This document shows, in pieces, positions 13,198 to 25,670 of a DNA stretch of 64,000 bases. A model generated the notes under the pieces. That model had not been told where the DNA came from. It ran no database searches and saw only the letters and a program-made list of their open reading frames with translations. Location of the stretch: positions 1,032,265-1,096,264 of the forward strand of contig NC_057756.1 of assembly GCF_004010195.1 (NCBI RefSeq), written 5' to 3'. Source of the stretch: Chiloscyllium plagiosum. Lineage: Eukaryota. Made by a program: the position numbers and the translations under genes. Within the stretch, counting starts at the first letter, position 1, and each line of letters opens with the position of its first letter.

Positions 13198-13397
13198 GAG
13201 GTAAAAACAATGACTGCAGATGCTGGAAACCAGATTCTGGATTAGTGGTGCTGGAAGAGCACAACAGTTCAGGGAGCATCCAAGGAGCAGCGAAATCGAT
13301 GTTTCGGGCAAAAGCCCTTTTTTTGCCCGAAACGTCAATTTTGCTGCTCCTTGGATGCTGCCTGAACTGCTGTGCTCTTCCAGCACCACTAATCCAG
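13198..13397. mobile_element. 200-bp Penelope pLTR hairpin insertion
   Basis: About 80-bp inverted arms. 14-bp TSD aaagaaaaaatgtc at 13184-13197 and 13398-13411. Same family as 22426-23074. Confidence 0.88.
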
Positions 13398-13504
13398 AAA
13401 GAAAAAATGTCCCCATGGCCTATTTAAAACTTTCTCCTCTCAGCTTAAAACTACGTTCCCCCAGTTTTATACTGCCAGTTTTGACCTCCTCCACCCTTTA
13501 CTCT

Positions 13505-14769
13505 TGTTGAAAAATTGGATAGAGTAATTGTAGATTGGGAGATTATACATTAAAAATTGGTATTTGAAAAACTGGAGAAGTATAAAATGGAGAAAGCATT
13601 GCTTGGTCCCTTTAAAATATGGTGTTTTTCCCTATGTTTGCACATTTAAAGAAATTGTCTGTGCACAGCAGCTTGATGGTTTAGCAGTAGAAAAAGTATA
13701 TGAATTGATTTGGAGATGCCAGTGTTTGGACTAGGGTGCTGTTCCCTGGATGCTGCCTGACCTGCTGTGCTGTTCCAGCAATAAAGTTTCAACTTGGACT
13801 AGGGTATACCAGGTTATAGTCCAACAGGTTGTTTTCTCTGAATTGAAACACATAATTGAAAGGCCAAGACAACATTTTTGAATTTTAGCCTTTCAATTGA
13901 ACCAGGCCCTTTGCTACCACAAAGTTGCTCAATTTAAATCTCGTGGTTTTGACAACATTGAATGAATCCTATAACAGAAATATTGTTATGTCCGCATGGA
14001 TATTAAGAAGGTGCCAACTGGATAGAAGCCCCATAGCAAAGTGCCATCTGCTAAGAGATAGCAGCTTTCACAGATATCTATGTATTAGAGAAAGAACCAT
14101 CTAAATATTAAAGATACCAATAATGAAGAAATAATGGAAAAAGTAGTCCTGATAGAAGAATCAGAGGAGGTGTTCCTGCAGGAGGATGCTGTGAATGGAA
14201 GAAGACATAGAAGTTTCTGGAAGGTATAACCTGGCTAAAAATTCGAAAGACTGAATGCTATTTAGAACATAGAACATGGAACATAGAAGAATACAGCGCT
14301 GTACAGGCCCTTCGGCCCTCGATGTTGCGCCGATCCAAGCCCACCTAACCTACACTAGCCCACTATCCTCCATATGCCTATCCAATGCCCGCTTAAATGC
14401 CCATAATGAGGGAGAGTCCACCGCTGCTACTGGTGTTGTTGTATAATACAGGACTTATATTTATAGGAATAACATACCATAAGAATCTTGTTGTATTCGG
14501 AAAAGTTGGTAGTTCGAAGGGATTTATTCAGATTGTTAATAATTTAGTTAATTTGTTCACTGTTAGCGTTAGGTAAATAAATAGTTATGATTTTTTAAAA
14601 GTTAGTGTCAGGGAATTATTTTTTATTGAACAACTTGAAGTTCCTGAAAAGAAAAAGGCTTGCACCCCTTCTCACACTCCTTTTAACAGATTACAAGATG
14701 AGACGATCATCTTTTGGTGATTCGGTTTTAGTTTTCAGAGGGAGGCAGGTCAACCTCCACTTGATAACA
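13505..14769 (+). repeat. Probable solo LTR inserted in a CR1 3' fragment, itself carrying Penelope and CR1 inserts
   Basis: tgtt...aaca termini. The CR1 3' sequence stops at ~13500 and resumes at 14770. No clear TSD. Confidence 0.4.
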
Positions 14770-14934
14770 ATATTCATCTCATCCACACCATTCATGAACT
14801 TCATTCGCTCCAGTGAAAGCAGTCCCAAACTATCCAGCCTCTCCTTATAACTCGAACCCTGAAGTTCTGGCAATACTCTGTTTGATCTTTTCCAAAACTC
14901 TTGGTTCCAAAACCATAACATTTAAATAGCACTT

Positions 14935-17900
14935 GGGTGTATAGAACATAGAACAGCACAGCGCAGAACAGGCCCTTAGGCCCTCAGTGTTGCACCAACT
15001 ATTGTCAGTTCGTCCCCTTACACTATGCCATCATCATCCATGTGGCTTATCCAAGGATCGTTTAAATCTCCTTCATGTGGCTGAGTTAACTACATTGGCA
15101 GGTAGGGCATTCCACGCCCTTACCACTCTCTGCTTCAGACATCTGTCTTAAATCTATCACCCCTCAATTTGTAGTTATGCCCCCTCATACAAGCTGATGT
15201 CATCATCCTAGAAAAAAGATTTTCACTGTGTACCCTATCTAATCCTCTGATCATCTTGTATGTCTCTATCAAATCCCCTATTATCCTTCTTTCCAATGAG
15301 AACAGACCCAAGTCTCTCAGCCTTTCCTCATAAGACCTTCCCTCCAGACCAGGCAACATCCTGGTAAATCTCCTCTGCACCTTTTCCAATGTTTCCACAT
15401 CCTTCCCGAAATACAGCAACCAGAACTACACACAATATTCCAAGTGCAGCCGCACTAGCATTTTGTATAGTTCCAGCATGATATTGCGGCTCCGGAACTC
15501 AATCCCTTTACCAATGAAACCTAACACACCGTATGCCTTCTTAACAGCACTATCAACCTGGGTGGCAACTTTCAGGGATCTGTGTACACAGACTCCAAGA
15601 TACCTCTGCACATCCACACTACCAAGAATCTTTCCATTGACCCAGTACTCTGACTTCCTGTTATTCTTCCCTACGTGCACCACCTCACATTTAGTTGCAT
15701 TGAACTCAATTTGCCACCTGTCGGTCCAATTCTGCAGTTTATCTAAATCCCCCGCAACTTGTAACATTCTTCCAAACTGTCCATATTCCACCGACTTTAG
15801 TGTCATCTGCAAATTTACTAATCCATCCACCTATTGCCTGCATCTAAGTCATTTATAAAAATGACAAACAGCAGTGGTCCCAAAACAGATCCTTGTGGCA
15901 CACCACTTGTAACCAGACTCCAGGCTGAATATTTTCCATCAACCACCACTNNNNNNNNNNNNNNNNNNNNNNNNNNNNNNNNNNNNNNNNNNNNNNNNNN
16001 NNNNNNNNNNNNNNNNNNNNNNNNNNNNNNNNNNNNNNNNNNNNNNNNNNNNNNNNNNNNNNNNNNNNNNNNNNNNNNNNNNNNNNNNNNNNNNNNNNNN
16101 NNNNCTCTGATCATCTTGTATGTCTCTATCAAATCCCCTCTTAGCCTCCTTCTTTCCAATGAGAACAGACCCAAGTCTCTCAGCCTTTCCTCATAAGACC
16201 TTCCCTCCAGACCAGGCAACATCCTGGTAAATCTCCTCTGCACCTTTTCCAATGTTTTCACATCCTTCCCGAAATACAGCAACCAGAACTGCACACAATA
16301 TTCCAAGTGCAGCCACACCAGCATTTTGTATAGTTCCAGCATGATATTGCGGCTCCGGAACTCAATCCCTTTACCAATGAAACCTAACACACCGTATGCC
16401 TTCTTAACAGCACTATCAACCTGGGTGGCAACTTCAGGGATCTGTGTACACAGACACCAAGATACCTCTGCACATCCACACTACCAAGAATCTTTCCATT
16501 GACCCAGTACTCTGACTTCCTGTTATTCTTCCCTACATGCACCACCTCACATTTAGTTGCATTTAACTCAATTTGCCACCTGTCGGTCCAATTCTGCAGT
16601 TTATCTAAATCTCCCGCAACTTGTAACATTCTTCCAAACTGTCCACTATTCCACCGACTTTAGTGTCATCTGCAAATTTACTAATCCATCCACCTATTGC
16701 CTGCATCTAAGTCATTTATAAAAATGACAAACAGCAGTGGTCCCAAAACAGATCCTTGTGGCACACCACTTGTAACCAGACTCCAGGCTGAATATTTTCC
16801 ATCAACCACCACTCGCTGCCTTCTTTCAGAAAGCCAGTTTCTCATCCAAACTGCTAAATCACCCTCAATCCCATGCCTCTACATTTTCTCCAATAACCTA
16901 TCATATGGAACCTTGTCAAAGGCTTTACTGAAGTCCACATATACCATGTCAACTACCCCACCCTCATCTACATGCTTGGTCACCTTCTCAAAAAACTCAA
17001 TGAGGTTTGTGAGACATGAACTGCCCTTGACAAAATCATGTTGACTACCCAAAATCAAATTGTTACTTGCTAGATGATTATAAATCTTATCTCTTATAAT
17101 CCTTTACAAAACCTTTCGTACAACAGAAGTGAGGCTCACTGGTCTATAATTACCTTGGTCATCTCTACTGCCCTTCTTGAATAAGGGCACATTTGCAATC
17201 CTTCAGTCCTCTTGTACTAAACATGTAGACAACGACGACTCAAATACCAAAGCCAAAGGCTCTGCTATCCCCTCCCTAGCTTCCCAGAGAATCTTCGGAT
17301 AAATCCCATCCGGCCCAGGGGCCTGTCTACTGTCATTCTTTCTAGAATTAAAAAACACCTCTTCGTAATGAACCTCGATCCTTTCTTGTCTAACATCTTG
17401 GATCTCATTCTTCTCCTCTACAATATTCTCCTTTTCCTGAGTGAAAACCGATGAGAAATGATAGGCCTTCTCTCTGATCTCTATAGGGTCCACACTCAAC
17501 TGCCCACTTCTGTCTTTGACTGGCCCTATTCCTAGCCTAGTCATTCTTCTATTCCTCACAGACCTAGAGAAAGCTTTAGGGTTCTCCTTTATTCTATTTG
17601 CTAATGACTGCTCATGTCCTCTCTTTGCTCTTCCTAACTCGTTCTTTAAATCTTTCCAAGTTGATCTGTAAGTCTCCATCACCTCATCTGAACCATCTTG
17701 TCCCATCAACATATAAGCCTCCTTCTTCCATTTAACAAGAGATGCAATTTCTATAGTAAACCAAGATTCCCTTACCTTATCACTTCCTCCCTGCCTGACA
17801 AGGACTCACAGTATGTTCCTTAAATCAGCTCCATATTTCCATTACCTGCATCCCCTGCATTTTGCTACCCCATCTATACATCCTAATTCTTGCCTAATTG

Positions 17901-19127
17901 CGTTATACGTGCCCTTGCCCCATCGATAACTCTTGACTTGTGGCATGTACCTATCCCTTTCCATCGCTAAACTAAATGTAACTGAATTATGGACACTCTC
18001 TTTGAAGTGCTCACCTACAACTAAACCAAACACCTGGCCTGGTTCATTACCAAGCACCAGATCGAGTGTGGCCTCCCCTCTTGTCGGCCCTTCGACACAC
18101 TGTGTCAGGAAAACCTCCTGTGCATGTTGGACAAAAACCGATCCATCGGATGTACTAGAGTTATAGCATTTCCAGTCAATATTGGGGAAGTTTAAGTCCC
18201 CCATAATGAACACTGTTCCTTTCATTCCTGCCCAGAATAATTTTGCAAATCCTGTTTTCCACCTCCCTGGAACTCTGCAGAGGCCTATAAAAACACTTCA
18301 AGCGGTGTGACCTCTCCTCTCCTGCTTCTAACCTCAGTCCACACTACCTCAGTAGATGAGTCCTCATCAAAAGTTCTTTCAGCCACCGTTATGTTATCCT
18401 TGACTAACAAGACCATACCCCCCTCCCCCTCTTTTAATGCCTTGCCTGTTCTTAATGAAAGATCTTAACCCTGGAACCTGCAACATCCATTCCTCACCCT
18501 ATTCTATCCATGTCTCCAAAATAGCCACAACATTGATGTCCCAGGTACCTATCTGCAAGCTTATTTCGGATACCTCTGGTGTTGAGTAGATACACTTCAA
18601 ACCCCCTTGCTGTCAGCCAGTACATTCCTGTGACCGTGAAATTCCATTCCTGTCCTCCCTACTCTCATCCTCCTGTGCACCACACCTACTACTCGTGTTC
18701 CCATCCCCCTGCTAAGCTCGTTTAAACTTATTCAAATAGCACCAGCAAATTTCCCACGCAGGATATTAGTACCCATCTGGTTCAAGTGAAGGCCGTCCTG
18801 TTTATACAGGTCCCATCTTCCTCAGAATGAGCCCCAATTGTCCAAGTACATGAAACCCTCCCTCCTGCAGCATTCTTGCAGCCATGTGTTCAGCTGATAT
18901 CTCTCCCTATTCCTTGCCTTGCTATAATGTGGCACGGGTGACAAACCAAAGATAGCAACTCTGTATGTTCTAGCTCTCAGCTTCCACCCTAGCTCCCTGA
19001 AATTCTTCCTTACATTCCTATCCCTCTTTCTACCTATGTTGTTGGTACCTACATGGACCACGACTTGGGGCTGGTCACCCTCTCTCTTCAGGACGCCAAA
19101 GATATGATCCGAGACATCATGGACCAT
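14935..19127 (-). mobile_element. Near full-length CR1 LINE (ORF1 SGNH-esterase-like, APE endonuclease, RT), frameshifted; contains an N-gap and a duplicated segment
   Basis: ORF1 VVVHVGTNNIG (18822-19127), endonuclease MGDLNFPNIDW...PTRGEATLDLVL (17842-18225), [15 protein letters not shown] and LEKVQRRFTRM, 3' (ttctatg)-type repeats at ~14940. Confidence 0.92.
15951..16104. other. Assembly gap (N-run)
   Basis: Run of n. Confidence 0.99.
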
Positions 19128-20402
19128 ACATGGAAAAAGGTCACAAAGACAACTGTAAAGTGTGATTGGGCTGGAAGGTGACTTGTTTCAGCACAGCACC
19201 AGAGATGTCAAGTTCTGCTGTGCCATAAATGTCTGCTAATCTGAACGGTGGAATCATTAGCTAATTTCTTTGTGCTGCTGCTTCAGTATGAATTGCCTTG
19301 ATAACAGGCAATAGCCTGCTGAAATGGCGCTCATCATCTACTCCCTTTATAAAGCAGACCCAGAGTGCTATTGCGGGCTCAGTGGTAGTGTTCCCTACTC
19401 CTGGACCAAGAGACCTGGATTTAAGACACACCTGCTCCAGAAGTGTGTAATTACATCTCCGAACAGATAATTCCAAAAATAGATTAAACCAAAAAAAAAA
19501 CACCCAGCACCTCCCCCTTTCTGTCCTCTTACCTGACCAGACCTGCCCTCACTTTTGCTAGTTTGTGTTGCCCACAAAATACTTTATCTGGTACATGTCT
19601 AGTTGCCAGCATGCATCTTTTTTTTATTGTCGCAGTTAATAGTTTAAACAAAGAAAAAAGTCACCTTGATTTGGTGTTGAGGAAGTCATTTGGTTTTATG
19701 CAGCAACACATTGGGATATAATAACAGTTAAAAAAAATACAGACCAAGCTCCTCTCCCGAAGTGTTGACCATTTTCATTGCCTTTAATGGGTTTTGATGT
19801 AATTATTTAATTGACTACATGGGCAATTTATTGATGGCAGTTAGTACATAAGGAACGAAAAAAAAGGTGGTTGCTGTGATTTGATGATTTAAAAAAAGAA
19901 GTTTTCAGTTGTGTGTAAGAGGACTTCTGGATATAAAGAAAATAAATCGGACCCAGGATAGTTCTACTGGTTTAATTTTGGTGTTCAACAATAAATGATG
20001 CTCCTTCTGAGTCAGGCTTTCTGAGGTATTAGAGTGGGTTTCTTCATTATGTGAACAGAATTTCCACAAAAACGTAAGAAATGAGGTGCAAATCTAGATG
20101 TTTGGGAGTGATTTCTTATAAAGGATTCGTCTAGTTGAGGTGTGCTTGAAATCATTTGTATTGGACATGTTTTGTATTATTTCCAGAAGTGTTGTCACAC
20201 ACAATCAAATGACATTTGTATGACCAAATCACAATGATCATTTTTGGACTCAAAATGATGGATCAGGATTAATTTCAAATAGTGCAAAGGTGAGAAGTAT
20301 AGAGGTTCAAAATGAGGTAGAAGTCCATTGATATGGACTGGTAGCTTGCTGTGCACAGATACAAAAAATAAACAGAAAGGCAAAGGGAGAATTTAAGACT
20401 CA

Positions 20403-20705
20403 AGGGCGGAATGGTGGCTCCGTGGTTAGCACTGCAGCCTCAAAGCGCAAGGGACCTGGGTTTGATCCCGGGCTCAGTTGACTGTCTCCGTGGAGTTGAT
20501 ACGTTTTCCTCGTGTCTGCGTGGGTTTCTTCTGGGTGATCCGGTTTCCTCCCTCAATCCAAAGATGTGCAGTTTGGCTGTGCTAAATTGCCCATAGTGTC
20601 CAGCTGCATTAGTTAGGGGAATGTGTCTGACTGGGTTACTCTTCGAGGGGGCGGGTGGACTTGTTGGGCCAAATGGCCTGCTTACACACTGTAGGGATTC
20701 TATGA
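20403..20705 (+). mobile_element. V-SINE (HE1-like)
   Basis: Same head, V-domain and tail as 59489-59817. Confidence 0.85.
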
Positions 20706-21511
20706 AGTTCCAAGGGAGAATGCCCATCATGACATTTGCTCCAAACCTGTGTAGCTTAACGTAAACTAAAACAATCGCCTAGAGTACTATAAGCACTTCT
20801 GGAGAAATATGTTATAAAAAAATTGATTTTGGAGGGAGTGTAATCTAGGTTTATCGAAATGGCACTTGGATGGTGTTTAAATCAGAAGGTTCAGAAAGAT
20901 TTTATTTTAAAAAAAGAATGTATCACATATAAGCACCCTTTCCATTCTTGTGGCTGGAAACTTCTACATCCCAAATTGGATCCATCATTCCAAGTATTCC
21001 ATATTTGACTACAATGTCTGATTACATTTCTGCGCAGTGACAGTTCCAGACTAACACCTAGGAATGTCACAAGTCACAACCTACGTGTCTGTGACAAAAC
21101 AAAAATGTCGCTTCTCATATTTTCAATTGCCGTTGGCACAGTTAACCAGACCAACCTCCTCTCACACCTCCCCAGTGATTGAGCAACTAGCCGGCACTGC
21201 TTAACCCAATTTCATTTTTATGTTATTGTAGCTCGAATATTTCTATGCAATGACTTCCAATCCTATACCTGAAAACTTACTTTTTGGAATTGCCAAGTGT
21301 CCTTGGATTGTAATGAAACAGATAATCTTAAAGGATCAGCATTCCTAACTAGTGATATGTGGAAATGAACTCTAATCCTTGCCCCCAAATATTAGAATTC
21401 AAATGCAGTTAATATGGAACTTTCAACAAAACTATCCCACTAATATTGAACACGAGACAGAGGCGCACTGTCGTTTAAAATAAAATATTTAGGAAGGAAA
21501 ACTACTGTCCT

Positions 21512-21830
21512 TACTCATTTCCCCTTGGCCCACTTTACCCCAGTTCCAAACTTCCAGCTCAGCACCATCCTCATGACCTGTCCGACCCGCCAATCTTCCT
21601 TCCCACCTATTCGCTCCACCCTCCTCTCTGACCTGTCACCTTCATCCCCACATCCATCCACCTATTGTACTCTTGGCTACCTTCTCCTCAGTCCAATCCC
21701 CCTCCCATTTATCTCTCCACCTCGGAGGCTCCCTGCCTTCATTCCTGATGAAGGCTTTTGCCCGAAACGTCGATTTTCCTGCTCCTTGGATGCTGTATGA
21801 CATGCTGTGCTTTTCCAGCACCACTCTAAT
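21512..21830 (+). mobile_element. Penelope-like 3' end fragment (single arm)
   Basis: Colinear with the 22426-23074 family. Hammerhead-like core at 21741-21775. Confidence 0.8.
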
Positions 21831-22425
21831 ATAGACTTCATATAAGTGTACCTCAGTTAGGAACATGTGAAATGATTGAAAAAAAAAACCCATGTCGTCT
21901 ATCAATCCGAACAGTACGTGATTTGAATTGTTCCGGAGTATAATGCCACGTGATTAAATCACATAAATAAACATCACCAACACAGGAAATGACATCACGA
22001 AAACGCGGAAACCCAAACACATAAATAGAAAATGTCGGAGGCTCACTGATGATTTTACCTCGGATGGTAACAAACAAATCTTCCAGCTCAGCGCATAAAC
22101 TTATATACAAATAAACTTACATCAGAACTGGAGAGAGATAGAAATGGGGAGAGACAGAAATGTTACTGCATTTACGAGAGTTAAAGAGATGTTTGAGGAT
22201 GGGATTGAACTCCAGAGAACTCCAGATTTTTGGTAATAGCGGAAATACTGGAGAATGTTGGTGGTAATTTCGTCTAGAATGCCGTACCAATGGAAATGAA
22301 AATGGCACAAGAATAAGTGTGCTGCTTTGAGGAGATATGAATGGGAGACCAATGGTGAATTGTCACCCAAAAGCAAAAATAAATCACAAAGGCCGAGGAA
22401 ATGAGACAAAATCTGAGAAATAGTT

Positions 22426-23074
22426 AAAAACAATGACTGCAGATGCTGGAAACCAGATTCTGGATTAGTGGTGCTGGAAAAGCACAGCAGTTCAGGCAGC
22501 ATCCGAGGAGCAGTGGGTGGATGGAGAGTGGGATGAAGGTGATAGGTCAGAGAGGATGGTGGAGTAGATAGGTGGAAAAGAAGGTAGGCAGGAAGGACAA
22601 GTCATGGGGGGACAGTGCCGAGCTGCAAGTTTGGAACTGGGGTGAGGTGGGGCAAGGGGAAATGAGGAAACTATTGAAGTCCACATTGATGCCCTGGTGT
22701 TGAAGTGTTCTGAGGTGGAAGATGAGGCATTCTTCCTCCAGGCGTCGGGTCGTGAGGGAGCAGCGGTGGAGGAGGCCCAGGACCACCATTTCCTTGGCAG
22801 AGTGGGAGGGGGAGTTGAAATTTTGGGCCACAGGGCAGTGTGGTTGATTGATGCGCACCACTCCACCCTCCTCTCTGACCTATCACCTTCATCCCCACCC
22901 CACTCACCTATTGTACTCTATGCTACTCTCTCCCCACCCCCACTCTCTTATTTATCTCTCCACCCTTCAGGCACTCTGCTTGTATTCCTGATGAAGGGTT
23001 TTTGCCCGAAACGTCGATTTTACTGCTCCTCGGATGCTGCCTGAACTGCTGAGCTTTTCCAGCACCACTAATCA
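22426..23074. mobile_element. Fold-back Penelope-like insertion with GIY-YIG C-terminal remnant
   Basis: PVAQNFNSPSHS...RRLEEECLIFHLRTLQHQGIN (22547-22861, -). Inverted terminal arms. 18-bp TSD aaaatctgagaaatagtt at 22408-22425 and 23075-23092. Confidence 0.9.
22984..23019 (+). ncRNA. Minimal hammerhead ribozyme motif, core intact
   Basis: attc-CUGAUGA-A-GGGU-UUUU-GCCC-GAAA-CGUC-gauu. Confidence 0.72.
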
Positions 23075-23284
23075 AAAATCTGAGAAATAGTTGGTGCAGA
23101 TTTATATGCCCAGAACATCTTGAAGTCAACAGTTGCTATCAAAAACCATGTCGGCTTTCGAGTGCATATTTGAAAGATGATGTGCTCATCTTGCAGATTC
23201 TCATGACTTTGTTTTCCTTTTATCCTTTCACAGAATGTGAATGTCACTTGCAAAGTCGCAATCATCTTCCCTCCTTATTGTTTT

Positions 23285-23600
23285 TTCTTTATTCATGCAT
23301 GGGATGAGAGCATCACTGGCTAGGCCAGTATTTATTGTCCATCTCTAATTATCCAGAGGGCAGTTAAGAGTCAACCACATTGCTGTGGGTCTGGAGTCAC
23401 AAATAGGCCAAATCAGCTGAGAGTGGCAGTTTCCTTCCCTGAAGGACATTGGTAAAGCAGATGGATTTCCCAACAATCAATAATGGATTCATGGTCATCA
23501 TTAGATTCACGTCCAGACTTTTGCTAAATTCAAACTCCACCATCTGCCACAGCAGGAATCGACCAAATGTTCCCAGGACATGGTCTGAGTCTTAGGACAT
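23285..23600 (-). mobile_element. Old SINE, probably Deu-domain (SacSINE1-like) family; related pieces at ~29915-30115, ~31470-31595, ~40790-41185 and ~44505-44830
   Basis: Minus-strand block gtgactccagacccacagcaatgtggttgactcttaactgccctctg followed by caataaatactggcctagccag. Family name is from memory, not from alignment. Confidence 0.5.
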
Positions 23601-24671
23601 CATTTCCCCTTGAACTGGGCGAGGTGCAGGTTGATTCAGAGATACCTTAAGAAATATTCACATTACTGTGGGGCTGTAGGCATGCATAGGCCAGATGTAA
23701 GAATGGCAGATCTTCTACCCTAAAGAGCAATGGTGATGCATATCAGTTTTATGACAATCAATGATTTCCATAAATTTTCAGTGAGTCAGCATGGTGGAAG
23801 ATGATGTAAAAACATAGAGGGAGCTAGTCTGGTATTTGGAAAGAACAGAACCATGAGCATGTTTCTTAAAGGTAAATAGCCGACCAAGGCTATTTCAGCA
23901 GAATATTTGATACTTATTATTTCTACCACGTAAAAGGACACTAGTTGCAGATGAAAAGATATGCCAAGAACTGCAAGCTGTCATCCAAGCCATACACTCT
24001 TCTGACTTAGAAATACATTGCCATTCTACCACTATCCCGAGACAAAAAAAATCAGGATTTCCCTTTTTCACCAGGATAATGACAACTGCCTGCATTCCTA
24101 GGACAGCAGAATTTCAAGAATACAACCCGCCACCACCTTCATTGGGATAAGTAGGGATTGGCAAAAATGTTGCTCTGATCAGCAATACACGCAGTCTGTG
24201 AAAGAAATTTAAAATTTGCTTGATATGTGATGCCAGTTTGAACTGTGTATGTAGTTTCAAGCAGACTGACGAAATTGGATTTGTTTTGAATAGGGTATTC
24301 GATCAATAACATTATTGTTTGAATTTTGACTCAAATACTACTTTGATTTAGATGCATAATTGTTGTTGGTCATGTTTTGCGATATTGCTTTCAATAACCA
24401 CAACAAAGTCCAAGCCATCACAATGTTGACATAAGATGTATAGATGAACACTTTAGCATTTGAATATAAATACACACATGCCAAGACAATGCTCCTTCTT
24501 TTGTTTTAAATTTTACTTAGAAAATACTATCAACGCTGTTTCACTTGGTCTCTTCAATCTTGGCATTGTCATTTACATATATTTCAACACAAAACTGGTT
24601 GCAAGTAGTTGTCATTACCTGCTTATTCAAAGACCTAAAAATAATTTGAATCATGTTCCAACCTGGCAGTC

Positions 24672-24698
24672 CCAATGGAGATTGCAGAGTGTATAAAT
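24672..24698 (+). promoter_or_regulatory. Candidate CCAAT + TATAAA core promoter of the GPCR gene
   Basis: ccaat at 24672 and tataaa at 24692, about 90 nt upstream of the ATG. Motif only, in AT-rich DNA. Confidence 0.2.
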
Positions 24699-24780
24699 TA
24701 ATGCCTCCTAAAATGTAGAATCATAGCACTTAATTCAGACAGATTACCTTTGGGACTATATAATCCCAGTGCTTGCAAAA

Positions 24781-24847
24781 ATGATTGATATATTTCGCAG
24801 CTTCAGAAAAATATATTACCTGGTTCTTGCTCTCATTGGTATTCCTG
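24781..24847 (+). CDS. GPR139-like GPCR, coding exon 1 (MIDIFRSFRKIYYLVLALIGIP, phase-1 donor)
   Basis: ATG at 24781 is open to G|gtaag at 24847/24848. It encodes a short N-terminus plus the start of TM1 (IYY..L..IG.P) and joins in frame to the acceptor at 25670/25671, giving ...GIP-VNLLAIIIL. Confidence 0.88.
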
Positions 24848-25670
24848 GTAAGAATTGGTTATCTATTCTATTAGCTAGTTCTACACCTGAGCGGGTGAAC
24901 TGTTTTTTTTCCCAGTAAAGGCATTATTTATTAATATTCCAACTGAGATCATTGCAAACAGTTGCATATGTTATATGAATACTATATGTGGATTCTTCTA
25001 AATTCACCATATACATTGTACAGTAAGTATTATTCAGTTTCAAAACGCTAATAAGGCTAAGCCATATGGCTGTGTTTTAGCTAAAGATGTTTTTGGAAGT
25101 ACTAAACACCTGTAACCAAAATATCTGTGAATGCAGAGAAATTAGTTGTTGTCAGGTCACTCTGGCTCTATGTTTGTTTCATTTTATCTGTCTAACAACA
25201 CCATACCAATTGTTCTGAATATGGGTCACAATTCTTATATTTGTTTGGAGAAAAATTGTGATAGGTACATACTGCTGCATTTTCTCAGTGGACTTTAACA
25301 CTCCAAACACTGCATTTGACATAAACAATTGTTCATCCCAAGCATTACTGTGAGAATTTATCATTGTGTAATTGTGCAAGGAGTAGGTTAAGGAAATTGG
25401 AATGCTTTGAATATCCACAGTTTCTTTTTGTGTTCAGTGGCTTAACATAAGGTAACGTCCTTAAACATTTAATTACATCTATCATATGCACAGTCAGCCA
25501 TAGATAACTTAGATATTGCACTTAAATTGAACAGAGATAAACTACAGCATGGTTAAAATTACCTGTGACTACTTGGACATTTCAAACTCGCATATAACTT
25601 GTTTGCATTCAATTATGGAAGCTATTTTGTCAATGATGATTAATTTCCAGAGCATTTTGTCTTCTTTCAG

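Noticed and set aside
13198..13397. Hairpins as DNA-transposon MITEs or miRNA genes
   Set aside because: Variable 8-18 bp TSDs, asymmetric tails and identity with 3' ends of RT/GIY-YIG elements indicate retrotransposon origin. There is no small-RNA evidence.
20403..20480. tRNA-like A/B box sequence (also in the other SINE heads)
   Set aside because: SINE head continuous with the V-domain; no complete cloverleaf, so not a tRNA gene.
24751..24768. tggga-ctatataa-tccca mini inverted repeat with a TATA-like loop before the GPCR ATG
   Set aside because: Too close to the ATG for a functional TATA box, and a 5-bp stem is expected by chance.
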